Source of the DNA: a virus
Lineage: Duplodnaviria > Caudoviricetes
Strand: one strand, 5' to 3'
DNA: 64,000 bases
IMG/VR virus record: IMGVR_UViG_3300028886_000001
Shown: in pieces, positions 50,684 to 60,663 of the stretch
Layout: each line of letters starts with the position of its first letter
Position numbering within the stretch: position 1 is the stretch's first letter
Position numbers and translations under genes: made by a program
Notes under the pieces: model-generated
Database searches by the model: none
What the model was told of the DNA's origin: nothing
Seen by the model: the letters and a program-made list of their open reading frames with translations, nothing else

Positions 50684-52666
50684 ATGGCTAGAAAAGGTAT
50701 GAGTTTAAAAGATATAGATATCTCTAGTAGTATTGATGATAATGATAAGATACTATTACAATCTGGTGATAAGACTTCTTCTACCTCAGTATGTAATCTT
50801 AAAGATAAAATACTAGATAGTACTATTCCTTCTGATGATATATCTAGAATAGTATCTGATTCTATTAATGGTATAAATAGAGCTTATGATAGTGGTAAAG
50901 AAACTGTAGATAGATATGGTATTAAATCAATATCAGATAATATACTTGAATATATAAACAATAACTTCATGGTATCTACATCTAGAATATGTAATAGTAA
51001 TACAATAAAACCATATGATAGTAATATAACAAGTGATCAAATAAATGAATCATCTAAACTTAAGTCTATAGTATTAGCTAATTTTTCTCCAATATCTATA
51101 GATGTAAATATATCTAAAGCTAATACAAGTATAAGTGGTTATAAGATGTTTGGTAAGTTTGATCATATAGCAAACTTGAAATATACATTCAAATTCAATA
51201 TAGAATCTAGTATGGCTAATGGTAAGACTATAAGAATAATAGATAAAACTGGTAAAGATTTATCAGTATATGGATTAGCCAAGCCTACAACAGAACCTAA
51301 AACAGTTACAATATCTGTACAAGCTATAGATGATGATATGTATATCATTTATGATGCTAAATGCACTAGATTTGATTTTGTTGGTTCTTATATAAATTAT
51401 GATGATGCTTTGACAAGTTGTACTGCTAATATTGTAGATAATAGATTTACTAATAATATAAAGTCTAATTATATTATAAATGCTCATTATAAGAACATGC
51501 TAGATCCTAATACTTTACCTAATAATAAATATTATGACTTTGATTCTAATGCATATAGAGTAATAGATCATACTATAACTGAAATGGATGGTTCTGTTCC
51601 TAAGAATGCTCAAGTTATAAGAGTAGACTTAGAACCCGATAAGTATTATACTATATCAGGATTACCACAATGGAGACAAAGTAATATATTAAGAATAGTA
51701 CAAGAAACAAAACAAACTAGATTAGCAGTATATAAAGAAATAGGTATAAACGATTCAGGATATGCTACATTTTATTCTTCTGCTAACTATGTAAATCCTG
51801 TATTATATCTAGTATTGTATGATGGTTCAGAAGGTGAAAAAGACTTATGTACATCTATACAATTAGAAGAAGGTACACAAATTACCGAATTCTATAATTA
51901 TAGAGATACAATGTGGCAGATAAATCCTAAAATACAAGTTAATGAAAAAGAAACATTAGAAGATGATACAGAAGATTATAGAACTGTAGCTAAATTAAAC
52001 TCTCTTGGTTGTATAAGAGATGAATTATTTAGTAATGGTAAACTTATAAGCAATGTATCTATTTTAGATAAAGAAGCTCTATCTAGAATAGAAGTAAAAA
52101 AGAAAGATACTAATAAATATCCTAATTGTGATGTATATGAAATCAGAGTAAATGATGCTCCATCATATGCTATGGAGAATGGTCTTATAAATATCATAAT
52201 GTATGATAATGTAAATAATAAAGTAATCCTACCTAAAGTAGTAAATGAGTATAAACCAGGTTTATATATAATAGCTAATACTATTACATGGGTAGTAGAA
52301 GAAGATACTGATATTAGTAATCTAGGTACAGACTTAATAATAGTATATAAGAAGTATATGCCAACTACTTCTATGAATATTAATGCTTTAGAACTATCTT
52401 CTGATTTAAGAAAGATAGATATAAGTTCTAATGTATTACCAATAAAGTGCAATTATTTATCTCCATATACAGAAGTTGTAGGTACATCTAGCGAATCTGC
52501 TGTAAATATACTAGATGGTATAATAGATGATACTGTAATGGGATATATAGATTATAAGAGCTTTGCTATGGTAGTTACTAATCTTCTGGAACGTATAAAT
52601 ACTCTTACAGAAAGGGTATCATACTTAGAAGATTATTCTACTTTGGTACCTGAAGACAACGTATAA
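50684..52666 (+). CDS. Probable tail / baseplate-associated fibre protein
   Basis: N-terminal anchor like that of fibre B. KNMLD...LEPDKYYTISG...IQLEEGT..TEF carbohydrate-binding-like module. Late promoter at 50643. Confidence 0.6.
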   Translation: MARKGMSLKDIDISSSIDDNDKILLQSGDKTSSTSVCNLKDKILDSTIPSDDISRIVSDSINGINRAYDSGKETVDRYGIKSISDNILEYINNNFMVSTSRICNSNTIKPYDSNITSDQINESSKLKSIVLANFSPISIDVNISKANTSISGYKMFGKFDHIANLKYTFKFNIESSMANGKTIRIIDKTGKDLSVYGLAKPTTEPKTVTISVQAIDDDMYIIYDAKCTRFDFVGSYINYDDALTSCTANIVDNRFTNNIKSNYIINAHYKNMLDPNTLPNNKYYDFDSNAYRVIDHTITEMDGSVPKNAQVIRVDLEPDKYYTISGLPQWRQSNILRIVQETKQTRLAVYKEIGINDSGYATFYSSANYVNPVLYLVLYDGSEGEKDLCTSIQLEEGTQITEFYNYRDTMWQINPKIQVNEKETLEDDTEDYRTVAKLNSLGCIRDELFSNGKLISNVSILDKEALSRIEVKKKDTNKYPNCDVYEIRVNDAPSYAMENGLINIIMYDNVNNKVILPKVVNEYKPGLYIIANTITWVVEEDTDISNLGTDLIIVYKKYMPTTSMNINALELSSDLRKIDISSNVLPIKCNYLSPYTEVVGTSSESAVNILDGIIDDTVMGYIDYKSFAMVVTNLLERINTLTERVSYLEDYSTLVPEDNV

Positions 52667-52742
52667 TAATGAATATAAGTAACATCTAAATAAAATATTA
52701 ATTATTGATATTTGTTACTGTAAATATAAGGAGGAATTAAGA

Positions 52743-53174
52743 ATGAGTATATTCGGACAAAATAATAAGCCTGATAATGTAGTTTTCGAACAAGAATTAC
52801 AAGGAGCTTCTGAATTACAAGAAGCATATATCTATGATGAATTATCAAGATTACCAGATGACAAGAGAAAAGAATTCTTAGAATCAGAACAATGCCAATC
52901 TATGCTTGAAGCTGGATTAATTGGTAGAAAGACTTTAGTAAGACTTTCTAAATCTGATGATATGGAAAGAAGAATAACTATGGCAGCTATGCAATTAGCT
53001 AAAGACCATAATGATCCATTATGGGATAAACTTGCTGTAAACAGAGTTAGAGAAAGAGACTTATTGAGCAAGATTACAACTAAATATGGAGCTAAAGCTC
53101 AAAGAGTTGCTAAAATGGGTCAAAAAGAATATCTTAAACATAATAAGATCTTAGGTGGTAATTATACTAGATAA
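52743..53174 (+). CDS. Late hypothetical protein (possibly virion-associated)
   Basis: SD AAGGAGG, AACA-N6-TA at 52681. Confidence 0.65.
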   Translation: MSIFGQNNKPDNVVFEQELQGASELQEAYIYDELSRLPDDKRKEFLESEQCQSMLEAGLIGRKTLVRLSKSDDMERRITMAAMQLAKDHNDPLWDKLAVNRVRERDLLSKITTKYGAKAQRVAKMGQKEYLKHNKILGGNYTR

Positions 53175-53246
53175 GTAATGTAAGCAATAGTTATTATACT
53201 ATTGCTTAAATGCTGTTTAACATTTTAGTGAACAAATGAAAGGAGT

Positions 53247-53606
53247 GTGATATGTATGAGAATATATCCAGAAGGCTTTAATCAAAACACTAATAAAGAA
53301 TTAAACAAAGTATCTCTTAAAGGAGATATAGGTAAAGCTGACGTAAGTTATATAAATATATATAGACCTACAACAGAAATAGAATTAACAGAAGCTATAA
53401 AAGATAAGCAAATCGTATTAGTTTCTATTAATAGTATTCTTCTTGAAGAAGGAAAAGATTACAAAGTATCTGAAGATAAAAAGAAGATAGTATCTTTAAC
53501 TCCAGATAAACCTTGGTGTCCTAATGGTGTAACTAAGACTGCTATAGTTGAAGTATATACTATTAAGGAAACAGAAAAAGCTTTAACTGTTGGTGACAAT
53601 GTATAA
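53247..53606 (+). CDS. Late hypothetical protein
   Basis: AACA-N6-TG at 53219. V.IN...L.EG.DY motif seen in virion proteins. Confidence 0.6.
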   Translation: MICMRIYPEGFNQNTNKELNKVSLKGDIGKADVSYINIYRPTTEIELTEAIKDKQIVLVSINSILLEEGKDYKVSEDKKKIVSLTPDKPWCPNGVTKTAIVEVYTIKETEKALTVGDNV

Positions 53607-53715
53607 TTATGTAAGAGTATAGCAAAATGCTATACTCTTAATTTTTCCGTCAATTATATATTATATATTAGAATAATACTATAGAAGAAACAAATAGTTA
53701 GTATAATATAAAGGA

Positions 53716-55839
53716 GTGATATATAAAGTGTTTTACTTAGAGAATTATGGCGATTATTCAGAGTTAATAAAGAACAAGCATATTACTATTGATATGAAAA
53801 CTATCAATAGAAATACTTGGCAGATGCATTATCAATCATTATTAAATATAATGAAAGATGGAATTGAAACTGAGTATATGAGACATCCAATCATTACATT
53901 ACATTTTGATGTAATAGATGTAGATATGGCTATACCAGATGTATGGTTTAATATGATGCTATGGTATGTATTAGTAGCAGTAGATAAAGAAATTAGACCA
54001 TGTGATATAGTATTTGAAGAAGATGGTACTACTGGTAATACTATAAAAAGATTTATGGATGATAAGTTCATAGATAATTATAGAACTATGATTGATAATG
54101 TCCAAATGAATAATATAATAGATGATTGTATGTATACATTTAGACATATAGATGATTTTAGTTTCTATATAGCAAATACTGTATCATTAGATGACTTTGT
54201 AGAATTAATGGATAAGAATCCAGAATTCTATGATCTAATGCATGCAGATTTATCTCATTTACCAATAGATCAAGTTAAGATAGAAGGTACTAAACTAGCA
54301 AATCGTTCTATTGAAATAATAAAGAACTCTGATCATTGTATGTCTAATTACTTTTTAGCAGGTGAAGGTATCAATCCAAAACAATATAAAGAATTAGCTA
54401 TACATATAGGTCCTAAACCTAATGGATTAGGAGGTGTATTCCCTACTATAATAAATCATAGTTATATAAATGGTGGGGTTAAAGATCCAATGGATTATGC
54501 TATAGAAGCTAGTACAGGAAGATTAGCACAGATTATAGTAGAAGGCAATGTTGGTACTGCAGGTGACTTTGCTAGATTATTAGGATTGAATTGTATGGAT
54601 ACTACATTACACAAAGATCCTAATTATATATGTGATACTAAACATTTCCAAGAAGTAACTATAACTGAAAGAACTTTTAAGTTATTCTTAAATAGATATT
54701 TCAGATTTAGAAAAGATGGATTGGAATATAAGATTACTAAGAAGATGAAGAAAGATCTTATAGGAAAAACTATACTTCTAAGAAGTCCAATGACTTGTGC
54801 TTCCGCTGCTAGAGGAGAAGGAATATGTTATAGATGTTATGGTGATTTAGCATATACTAATAAAGATATAAATCCAGGAAGATTATCTAGTGAAGAATTA
54901 TCATCTAGATTTACTCAAATGATGTTATCTGCTAAGCATTTATTAGAAGCATCTATAAGAAAGATTATATGGAGCAAAGACTTCTGGAAATATTTCGATG
55001 TAGAGTATAATATAATAACTTTAAAAGATGATTTTGACTATACTGGATATAGTATAAAGATCAATTTAGAAGATATTACATTAGAAAGAGATACAGAAGA
55101 AATTTCAGAAGGTCAATATAATGAATATATAACTTCATTTAAATTAATCTGTCCAGACGGAGACGAAATAGTATGTAATACAGCTAATGCAGATAATCTA
55201 TATATAGCTAATTCTATAAGCTCAGTTATGCAAGAATACGAAAAATCAACAAAAAAGCTTAAAGGAGTATATTCTGACGGAGAAGATATTATTATAAATC
55301 TAAATTTAATTCAAGAAAGAGACGGAATATTATTTGTAATGAATATCTTAAATAGTGATTTATCTTCTAATCTAAAGAGAGTTAAAGATATAATCAATAA
55401 GATAGAGATTACAAAGAATCTATCTAGACATGAATTATTAGAAAAGTTTAATGAAGGATTATTAGATAGTAAGATTAATCTTCAATCTGTTCATGCTGAA
55501 GTTATATTGATGAATCAGATGCGTAATGATGAGGATATTTTAGGAATGCCTAAATGGGAAAATCAAAATCCTCATTATCAGATCTTAACATTGATGCAAT
55601 CATTAGAGAACATACCTTATGTAACTAAGAGATTAAGTTATGCTAAAACAGCACAAGCATTAAGATCGCCTGTTACTTATAGATGCGAAAAACCATCTGC
55701 TATGGATGTATTCTATATGATAAATCCTCAGAAGTATATTAATAGTAAGATAGTTCCTGCTAAAGAACCAGAGTATGCTGAAAAAGGATTAAGAAAGATC
55801 TGGAATAAGATTGATAAAAATAAAGAAGAAGACGAATAA
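53716..55839 (+). CDS. Non-virion RNA polymerase beta' subunit, C-terminal part
   Basis: Bridge helix GRLAQI...VGTAGDFARLL, LRSPMTC...GICYRCYG zinc site, trigger loop FTQMMLSAKH, VHAEVIL. No DxDGD, so the catalytic piece lies outside the window. Early motif at 53652-53664. Confidence 0.88.
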   Translation: MIYKVFYLENYGDYSELIKNKHITIDMKTINRNTWQMHYQSLLNIMKDGIETEYMRHPIITLHFDVIDVDMAIPDVWFNMMLWYVLVAVDKEIRPCDIVFEEDGTTGNTIKRFMDDKFIDNYRTMIDNVQMNNIIDDCMYTFRHIDDFSFYIANTVSLDDFVELMDKNPEFYDLMHADLSHLPIDQVKIEGTKLANRSIEIIKNSDHCMSNYFLAGEGINPKQYKELAIHIGPKPNGLGGVFPTIINHSYINGGVKDPMDYAIEASTGRLAQIIVEGNVGTAGDFARLLGLNCMDTTLHKDPNYICDTKHFQEVTITERTFKLFLNRYFRFRKDGLEYKITKKMKKDLIGKTILLRSPMTCASAARGEGICYRCYGDLAYTNKDINPGRLSSEELSSRFTQMMLSAKHLLEASIRKIIWSKDFWKYFDVEYNIITLKDDFDYTGYSIKINLEDITLERDTEEISEGQYNEYITSFKLICPDGDEIVCNTANADNLYIANSISSVMQEYEKSTKKLKGVYSDGEDIIINLNLIQERDGILFVMNILNSDLSSNLKRVKDIINKIEITKNLSRHELLEKFNEGLLDSKINLQSVHAEVILMNQMRNDEDILGMPKWENQNPHYQILTLMQSLENIPYVTKRLSYAKTAQALRSPVTYRCEKPSAMDVFYMINPQKYINSKIVPAKEPEYAEKGLRKIWNKIDKNKEEDE

Positions 55840-55889
55840 TCTTCTTCTTTCTTTTTTGTAATTGATAAATATTTCAATTATATATTATA

Positions 55890-56100
55890 TATTTGCTGTA
55901 TAGATAATAATAAGTCTATATAGCATGCTTTAACTACTTAGAGATAAGACCAAGATATACATAAGATAATTAAATACTAATCAAAAGACATAATGAATTT
56001 ATACTAAACAGCAGATAAGATTATATTAAGTTATCTTATAATGTATATCTTGGTTTTTTCGAGTAAGAAATATATGGGGGTCATCCCCATATTATTTCTT
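55890..56100 (+). ncRNA. Candidate structured non-coding RNA
   Basis: Early-type promoter at 55876-55888, 5' hairpin, long imperfect stem (55949-55962 pairs perfectly with 56041-56054), terminal hairpin at 56065-56100, and no SD-led ORF. Confidence 0.5.
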
Positions 56101-56183
56101 GTCAAAAATCAATATAATTATATATTATATATGTGTCATAAGAGTCATATGACAAATACAAATATTATGGAGGGAATTTAACC

Positions 56184-57830
56184 ATGAATAAAGTCGTAAA
56201 AGCCTACAATAAAATTGGCAATGTAGTAAGAAGAATAAGAAAGGAGAAGATAACTCCAATGATGCTTGCTAGTGAGTATGATGGAGCATTAGAAGAGTTT
56301 AAGAATGAAGCTGTAAAAGAAGCAGGAAATGGTGCATATAGTGTATATATAAGTGATTTAATCTGTTCACTTAAGAGTGCTAGAGATATGATGAAATCTT
56401 TACAATCTAACGCAACATCTATTATATATAAAGTCGATATGCAATCTAAACGTATATTAACAATAATCCAGAAACTTAGTTTTGTTAATCCAGAAATAGC
56501 AGATGAGATGAAGTTTAATAAGAATATCAGATTTACTTGTTTTGACGTAAATGTATCTGCTTTAAATAAATGCAACCATTTATATATTGTATATAAATCT
56601 AATGCTAGCATGGATAATGAAGAAAAGAATAAAGTCTATATATCTTATTTAGTAAGAAACTGGATGGGACTAAAAGAAAATGACAATATAGATGTAACTA
56701 TAAATAATGCTTCTACAAAAGAATTTATGATAAATAGACGCTTTCTTAATAATATAAATAGTTTGAGTACTATATCTATATTCAATGAAAATTCTGAAGA
56801 AGATACAGAAAAAGAAGAACCTGGAGAATTAACAGCATTTGAAAAGTTCTTAGAGGCTTCAAAAGAAGTAGATAGTATTAAAACTGTCATAGAGAGACAT
56901 TACAGAAAAAAGATGGAACTTACTGAAGATGTTTTAAGCTCTTGGGATGCAGCAGTAAAGGCATTTAATGAATCTGTAGAGAAGTGTTTAGAAGAAATAC
57001 ATATAACAAATGAGTTCTTTAATCGTAAGGAATATCTTTTACAAGATATAGACACTATGCGTAATATACCAAATTTTAATACTATATATTCCCCTTGCAT
57101 AAGGAATAATATATTAGCTAGAAAAGTAACTTATGCATTATGTATATTATACTCTTACATCAATAATGATGAAACAATGGTAACACAGATAAGAAATTAT
57201 AAACTTTTGAATAATACTACAGATATAAATATATATGATATACATGGTGTTACTGTAGTAATAGCAGATGATCTTATAGATACTATATCAGAAGAATATA
57301 AAGATTATTTCCGTAATATAAAACCTGCATTTACTATAGAGGAATTACCATATTCAACAAAGTATATTAATGCAAATACAATGCTTAGCATATGTAGTGT
57401 CTTTAAAGATGATGATTCTAGATTATCATTAGGAGCTAATATAAATAAAATTATCACAGATGCGATTATAGAATATAATATAGAAGCACAGAAACAAAAA
57501 AGAGCAAAAGAAGAATTAAGAGGAGATATTGTGCAGACAGATGAATTCTTTGCTAATATACCAGAAGCAAATCCATTTGTACCAGTAGAAGAAACTAATG
57601 AAATTAAAATTGAACCTTTATTTGATAATCATTTAAATGAATTAAAGAAAGAAGAAAACTCTTTAGAAACTTATGTAATTTCTATAAATGGTGAAGAAAT
57701 GGAAGTCAAAACAGATGGAGAATTAGTTCTTAAAGATATAGTTGATGATATCAATTCTAATGATTATATTTGCATAGGTAATTCTATACTAGTAAGATCT
57801 AAAGATGTAGATTATATTATAAAGAAATAA
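56184..57830 (+). CDS. Hypothetical protein (early)
   Basis: 548 aa, SD GGAGGG, early motif at 56116-56128. Confidence 0.7.
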   Translation: MNKVVKAYNKIGNVVRRIRKEKITPMMLASEYDGALEEFKNEAVKEAGNGAYSVYISDLICSLKSARDMMKSLQSNATSIIYKVDMQSKRILTIIQKLSFVNPEIADEMKFNKNIRFTCFDVNVSALNKCNHLYIVYKSNASMDNEEKNKVYISYLVRNWMGLKENDNIDVTINNASTKEFMINRRFLNNINSLSTISIFNENSEEDTEKEEPGELTAFEKFLEASKEVDSIKTVIERHYRKKMELTEDVLSSWDAAVKAFNESVEKCLEEIHITNEFFNRKEYLLQDIDTMRNIPNFNTIYSPCIRNNILARKVTYALCILYSYINNDETMVTQIRNYKLLNNTTDINIYDIHGVTVVIADDLIDTISEEYKDYFRNIKPAFTIEELPYSTKYINANTMLSICSVFKDDDSRLSLGANINKIITDAIIEYNIEAQKQKRAKEELRGDIVQTDEFFANIPEANPFVPVEETNEIKIEPLFDNHLNELKKEENSLETYVISINGEEMEVKTDGELVLKDIVDDINSNDYICIGNSILVRSKDVDYIIKK

Positions 57831-57976
57831 AATAAAGGGTGGTAAAACACCCTTTATTTTTTCTATGTTACACTATGCCATTGTATAGTATTTTAATTAT
57901 ATATTATTATCTTGTCATAATACATATATGTATATATCCTGAAGTATACATAAATAAAATAATGGAGGTGATTATT

Positions 57977-58828
57977 ATGACAAATTTAAAGATAAACGAC
58001 ATCAAGGAAATGACCGAAGTGTTTACACATGGGGGTGTATTCCATGCAGACGATGTATTTTCATCTGCATTGTTATTATTAATCAATCCAGACTTAAAAG
58101 CCATCATCAGAGGATTTAAAGTCCCTGATGGCTTTTCTGGATTAGTATTTGACATCGGTGGTGGTGAGTTTGACCACCACCAACCTGATGCTGAAAGAAG
58201 ACCAGATGGCAGTAAGTATGCTGCCTTCGGTCTTCTTTGGAAGGCTTTAGGTAGTCAAATCGTCGATGAAGTTGGAGCTAAAATCATCGACGAATCGATT
58301 GTAGCTCCAATTGATCACACAGATAATGGCGAATCTGATGTGGTCAATCCGTTGGCAGTAAGCATCTCTATGATGAACTGTCAATGGGATGAACCTAATA
58401 GCAATGATAATTTCTTAGAAGCTGTGGAAATAGCTAAGAAGATTTTATCTTCTGCTATTAAGGCTCAATTGTCTAGAGCAAAGGCTAAAGAAATTGTTCT
58501 TAGTGCCTTTGCCCAATCTGATGACGGAAAAATTGTAGTACTAGATAAGTTCTGCCCATGGCAGGATGTTCTAGTAAATACTACTGCCGAAGTAGTAATC
58601 TTTCCAAGTTTAAGAGGAGGATACAACGCTCAAGTTGTGCCAGTTAAACCTGGCTCATTTACTGCCAAGGTATCCTTCCCTGAATCTTGGGCTGGACTTA
58701 CTGGTGGTGACTTGGTATCTGCTAGTGGTATAGAAGGTTTGACCTTCTGTCATGCTGGTAGGTTCTTAGTAGCTGGTGCTACTAAGGAAGCAGTTATTAA
58801 TGCTGCTAAGTTAATCATCAGTAAGTAA
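57977..58828 (+). CDS. MYG1 family (UPF0160) DHH-superfamily exonuclease
   Basis: THGGVFHADDV, DIGGGEFDHHQ, FGLLWK, ID..DNG, FCHAGRF. Start moved to 57977 after SD GGAGGTG. Confidence 0.88.
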   Translation: MTNLKINDIKEMTEVFTHGGVFHADDVFSSALLLLINPDLKAIIRGFKVPDGFSGLVFDIGGGEFDHHQPDAERRPDGSKYAAFGLLWKALGSQIVDEVGAKIIDESIVAPIDHTDNGESDVVNPLAVSISMMNCQWDEPNSNDNFLEAVEIAKKILSSAIKAQLSRAKAKEIVLSAFAQSDDGKIVVLDKFCPWQDVLVNTTAEVVIFPSLRGGYNAQVVPVKPGSFTAKVSFPESWAGLTGGDLVSASGIEGLTFCHAGRFLVAGATKEAVINAAKLIISK

Positions 58829-58895
58829 AATAATAAGAGGGATTCGCCACCCTCTTATTATTTTTTTGTATGTACCTTAACACATTAATAAAGGA

Positions 58896-60536
58896 GTGAT
58901 AAAGCTTATGGAAAATTATAAAATTGTGGTTAAGCATACATCAATAATTATTAATGATTACGAATGGGGAGATAATAAAAAACTAGAGAACTATTTCTCT
59001 GTATATAATCCTGTGACTCATTCATGTTTTTATAAGGGATTAGAATATGACGAAGTAAATAAACGATTAATATTACCAAGAGGATTAGATGTTTATTTTT
59101 TGGAGAACGAATTTAATACTAAAGCATATATAGATAGAAAGTATGATGAATGTGATAATGTAGATTTAATAAAGATAAAATATAAACCTAGGGATGAAGT
59201 ACAAAGAGAGTCATTAAACTTTATGTCTGGTAGTACTGCTCAATATAGAAACAATAGATATTACTCTCAATTATCTTTAAATCTTAATACAGGTAAAGGT
59301 AAGACATATTGTTCTATCGCTAATGCGGCGGCATATTCATTAAGAAGTATTATAATTACATCTACTGTCGGTTGGTTAGAACAATGGAGAGATTGTATAT
59401 TAGAATATACTGATGTAAAACCTAGAGAAATATACTTTATAGAAGGATCTCCTTCTATACATAGATTATTAAAGAGAGATATATCTCAATATAAATTTAT
59501 ATTGGTTACTCATGCTACATTAAGATCATATGGAGAAAATCAAGGGTGGGATAAGATAACAGAGTTATTCAAATATCTTAGAGTTGGTATAAAGTATTAT
59601 GATGAAGCACATAGAGATTTTGATAATATATGTAGAATAGATTTCCATACTAATACCTATAAGACATACTATATAACAGCTACTCCATTAAAGAGTGATG
59701 AAGCAGAGAACTTTATATATCAGATGTATTTAAAGAATGTACCTTCTATAAACCTATTTGATGAAAATAATGACCCTCATACTAAGTATATAGCTATACA
59801 ATATACATCAAAGCCTACTCCATTAGAAATATCTAAATGTAGAAATCAATATGGATTAGATAGAAATAGATATACTAATTATCTAGTAAGAAAAGAGAAT
59901 CCATATAAAGTATTGATGATATTATTAGAGATGCTTATTAATAAACCTGGGAAGATATTAATCTATATAGGAGTAAATGATGCTATAGAAGTAGTAAGAG
60001 AATGGATAGTGAGTACATATCCTTATTTAGAACCTCATATAGGAGTATATAATAGTCTAGTAAAAGATAATAAAGAACAACAATTAGAAAAGAAGATAAT
60101 ATTATCTACCACTAAATCATGTGGTGCGGCTGTAGATATTAAAGGATTGAAATCTACTATAGTATTTGCAGAACCATTTAAATCAGAAGTATTAGCAAGA
60201 CAAACTCTAGGTAGAACTAGAGATCCTAATACCTATTATTATGATATGGTAGATATGGGATTTAATCAGACTAAGAAATACTATTATCAGAAGTTACCTA
60301 TATTTAATAAGTATGCTACAGAATGTTCTAATATAAAACTATCTCCTAATCAATTAGATGAGCAAATAGACCTTATTAATAGAAGTAGAGAATATCCATT
60401 TAAAAGAAAGATATGGTTGAGATTACCTAAAGATGAAATTGATATAAATAATCCATACTTTGGAGATAGATATAGAAATACTCTAAAGAAACAAGTTATA
60501 TGGCATAAGTGCGATGAAAATAAAAATCTAAAATAA
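58896..60536 (+). CDS. SF2 DEAH helicase (UvsW-like)
   Basis: TGKGKT, DEAH, TAT, QTLGRTR. Confidence 0.88.
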   Translation: MIKLMENYKIVVKHTSIIINDYEWGDNKKLENYFSVYNPVTHSCFYKGLEYDEVNKRLILPRGLDVYFLENEFNTKAYIDRKYDECDNVDLIKIKYKPRDEVQRESLNFMSGSTAQYRNNRYYSQLSLNLNTGKGKTYCSIANAAAYSLRSIIITSTVGWLEQWRDCILEYTDVKPREIYFIEGSPSIHRLLKRDISQYKFILVTHATLRSYGENQGWDKITELFKYLRVGIKYYDEAHRDFDNICRIDFHTNTYKTYYITATPLKSDEAENFIYQMYLKNVPSINLFDENNDPHTKYIAIQYTSKPTPLEISKCRNQYGLDRNRYTNYLVRKENPYKVLMILLEMLINKPGKILIYIGVNDAIEVVREWIVSTYPYLEPHIGVYNSLVKDNKEQQLEKKIILSTTKSCGAAVDIKGLKSTIVFAEPFKSEVLARQTLGRTRDPNTYYYDMVDMGFNQTKKYYYQKLPIFNKYATECSNIKLSPNQLDEQIDLINRSREYPFKRKIWLRLPKDEIDINNPYFGDRYRNTLKKQVIWHKCDENKNLK

Positions 60537-60663
60537 GAGTAAGCGTAATTTGCTTACTCTTATTTTTTTGCCATTATAATATATTTCAATTATATATTAT
60601 TATCTTGTCATAGAAAATTAATTAAGCAAATAAATTAAAAAAATATAAAAGGAGATGATTACT

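Noticed and set aside
7143-55839. Group I introns or inteins in RNAP, polymerase or helicase genes, as in AR9
   Set aside because: The ORFs are continuous, and I saw no intein termini or homing-endonuclease motifs.
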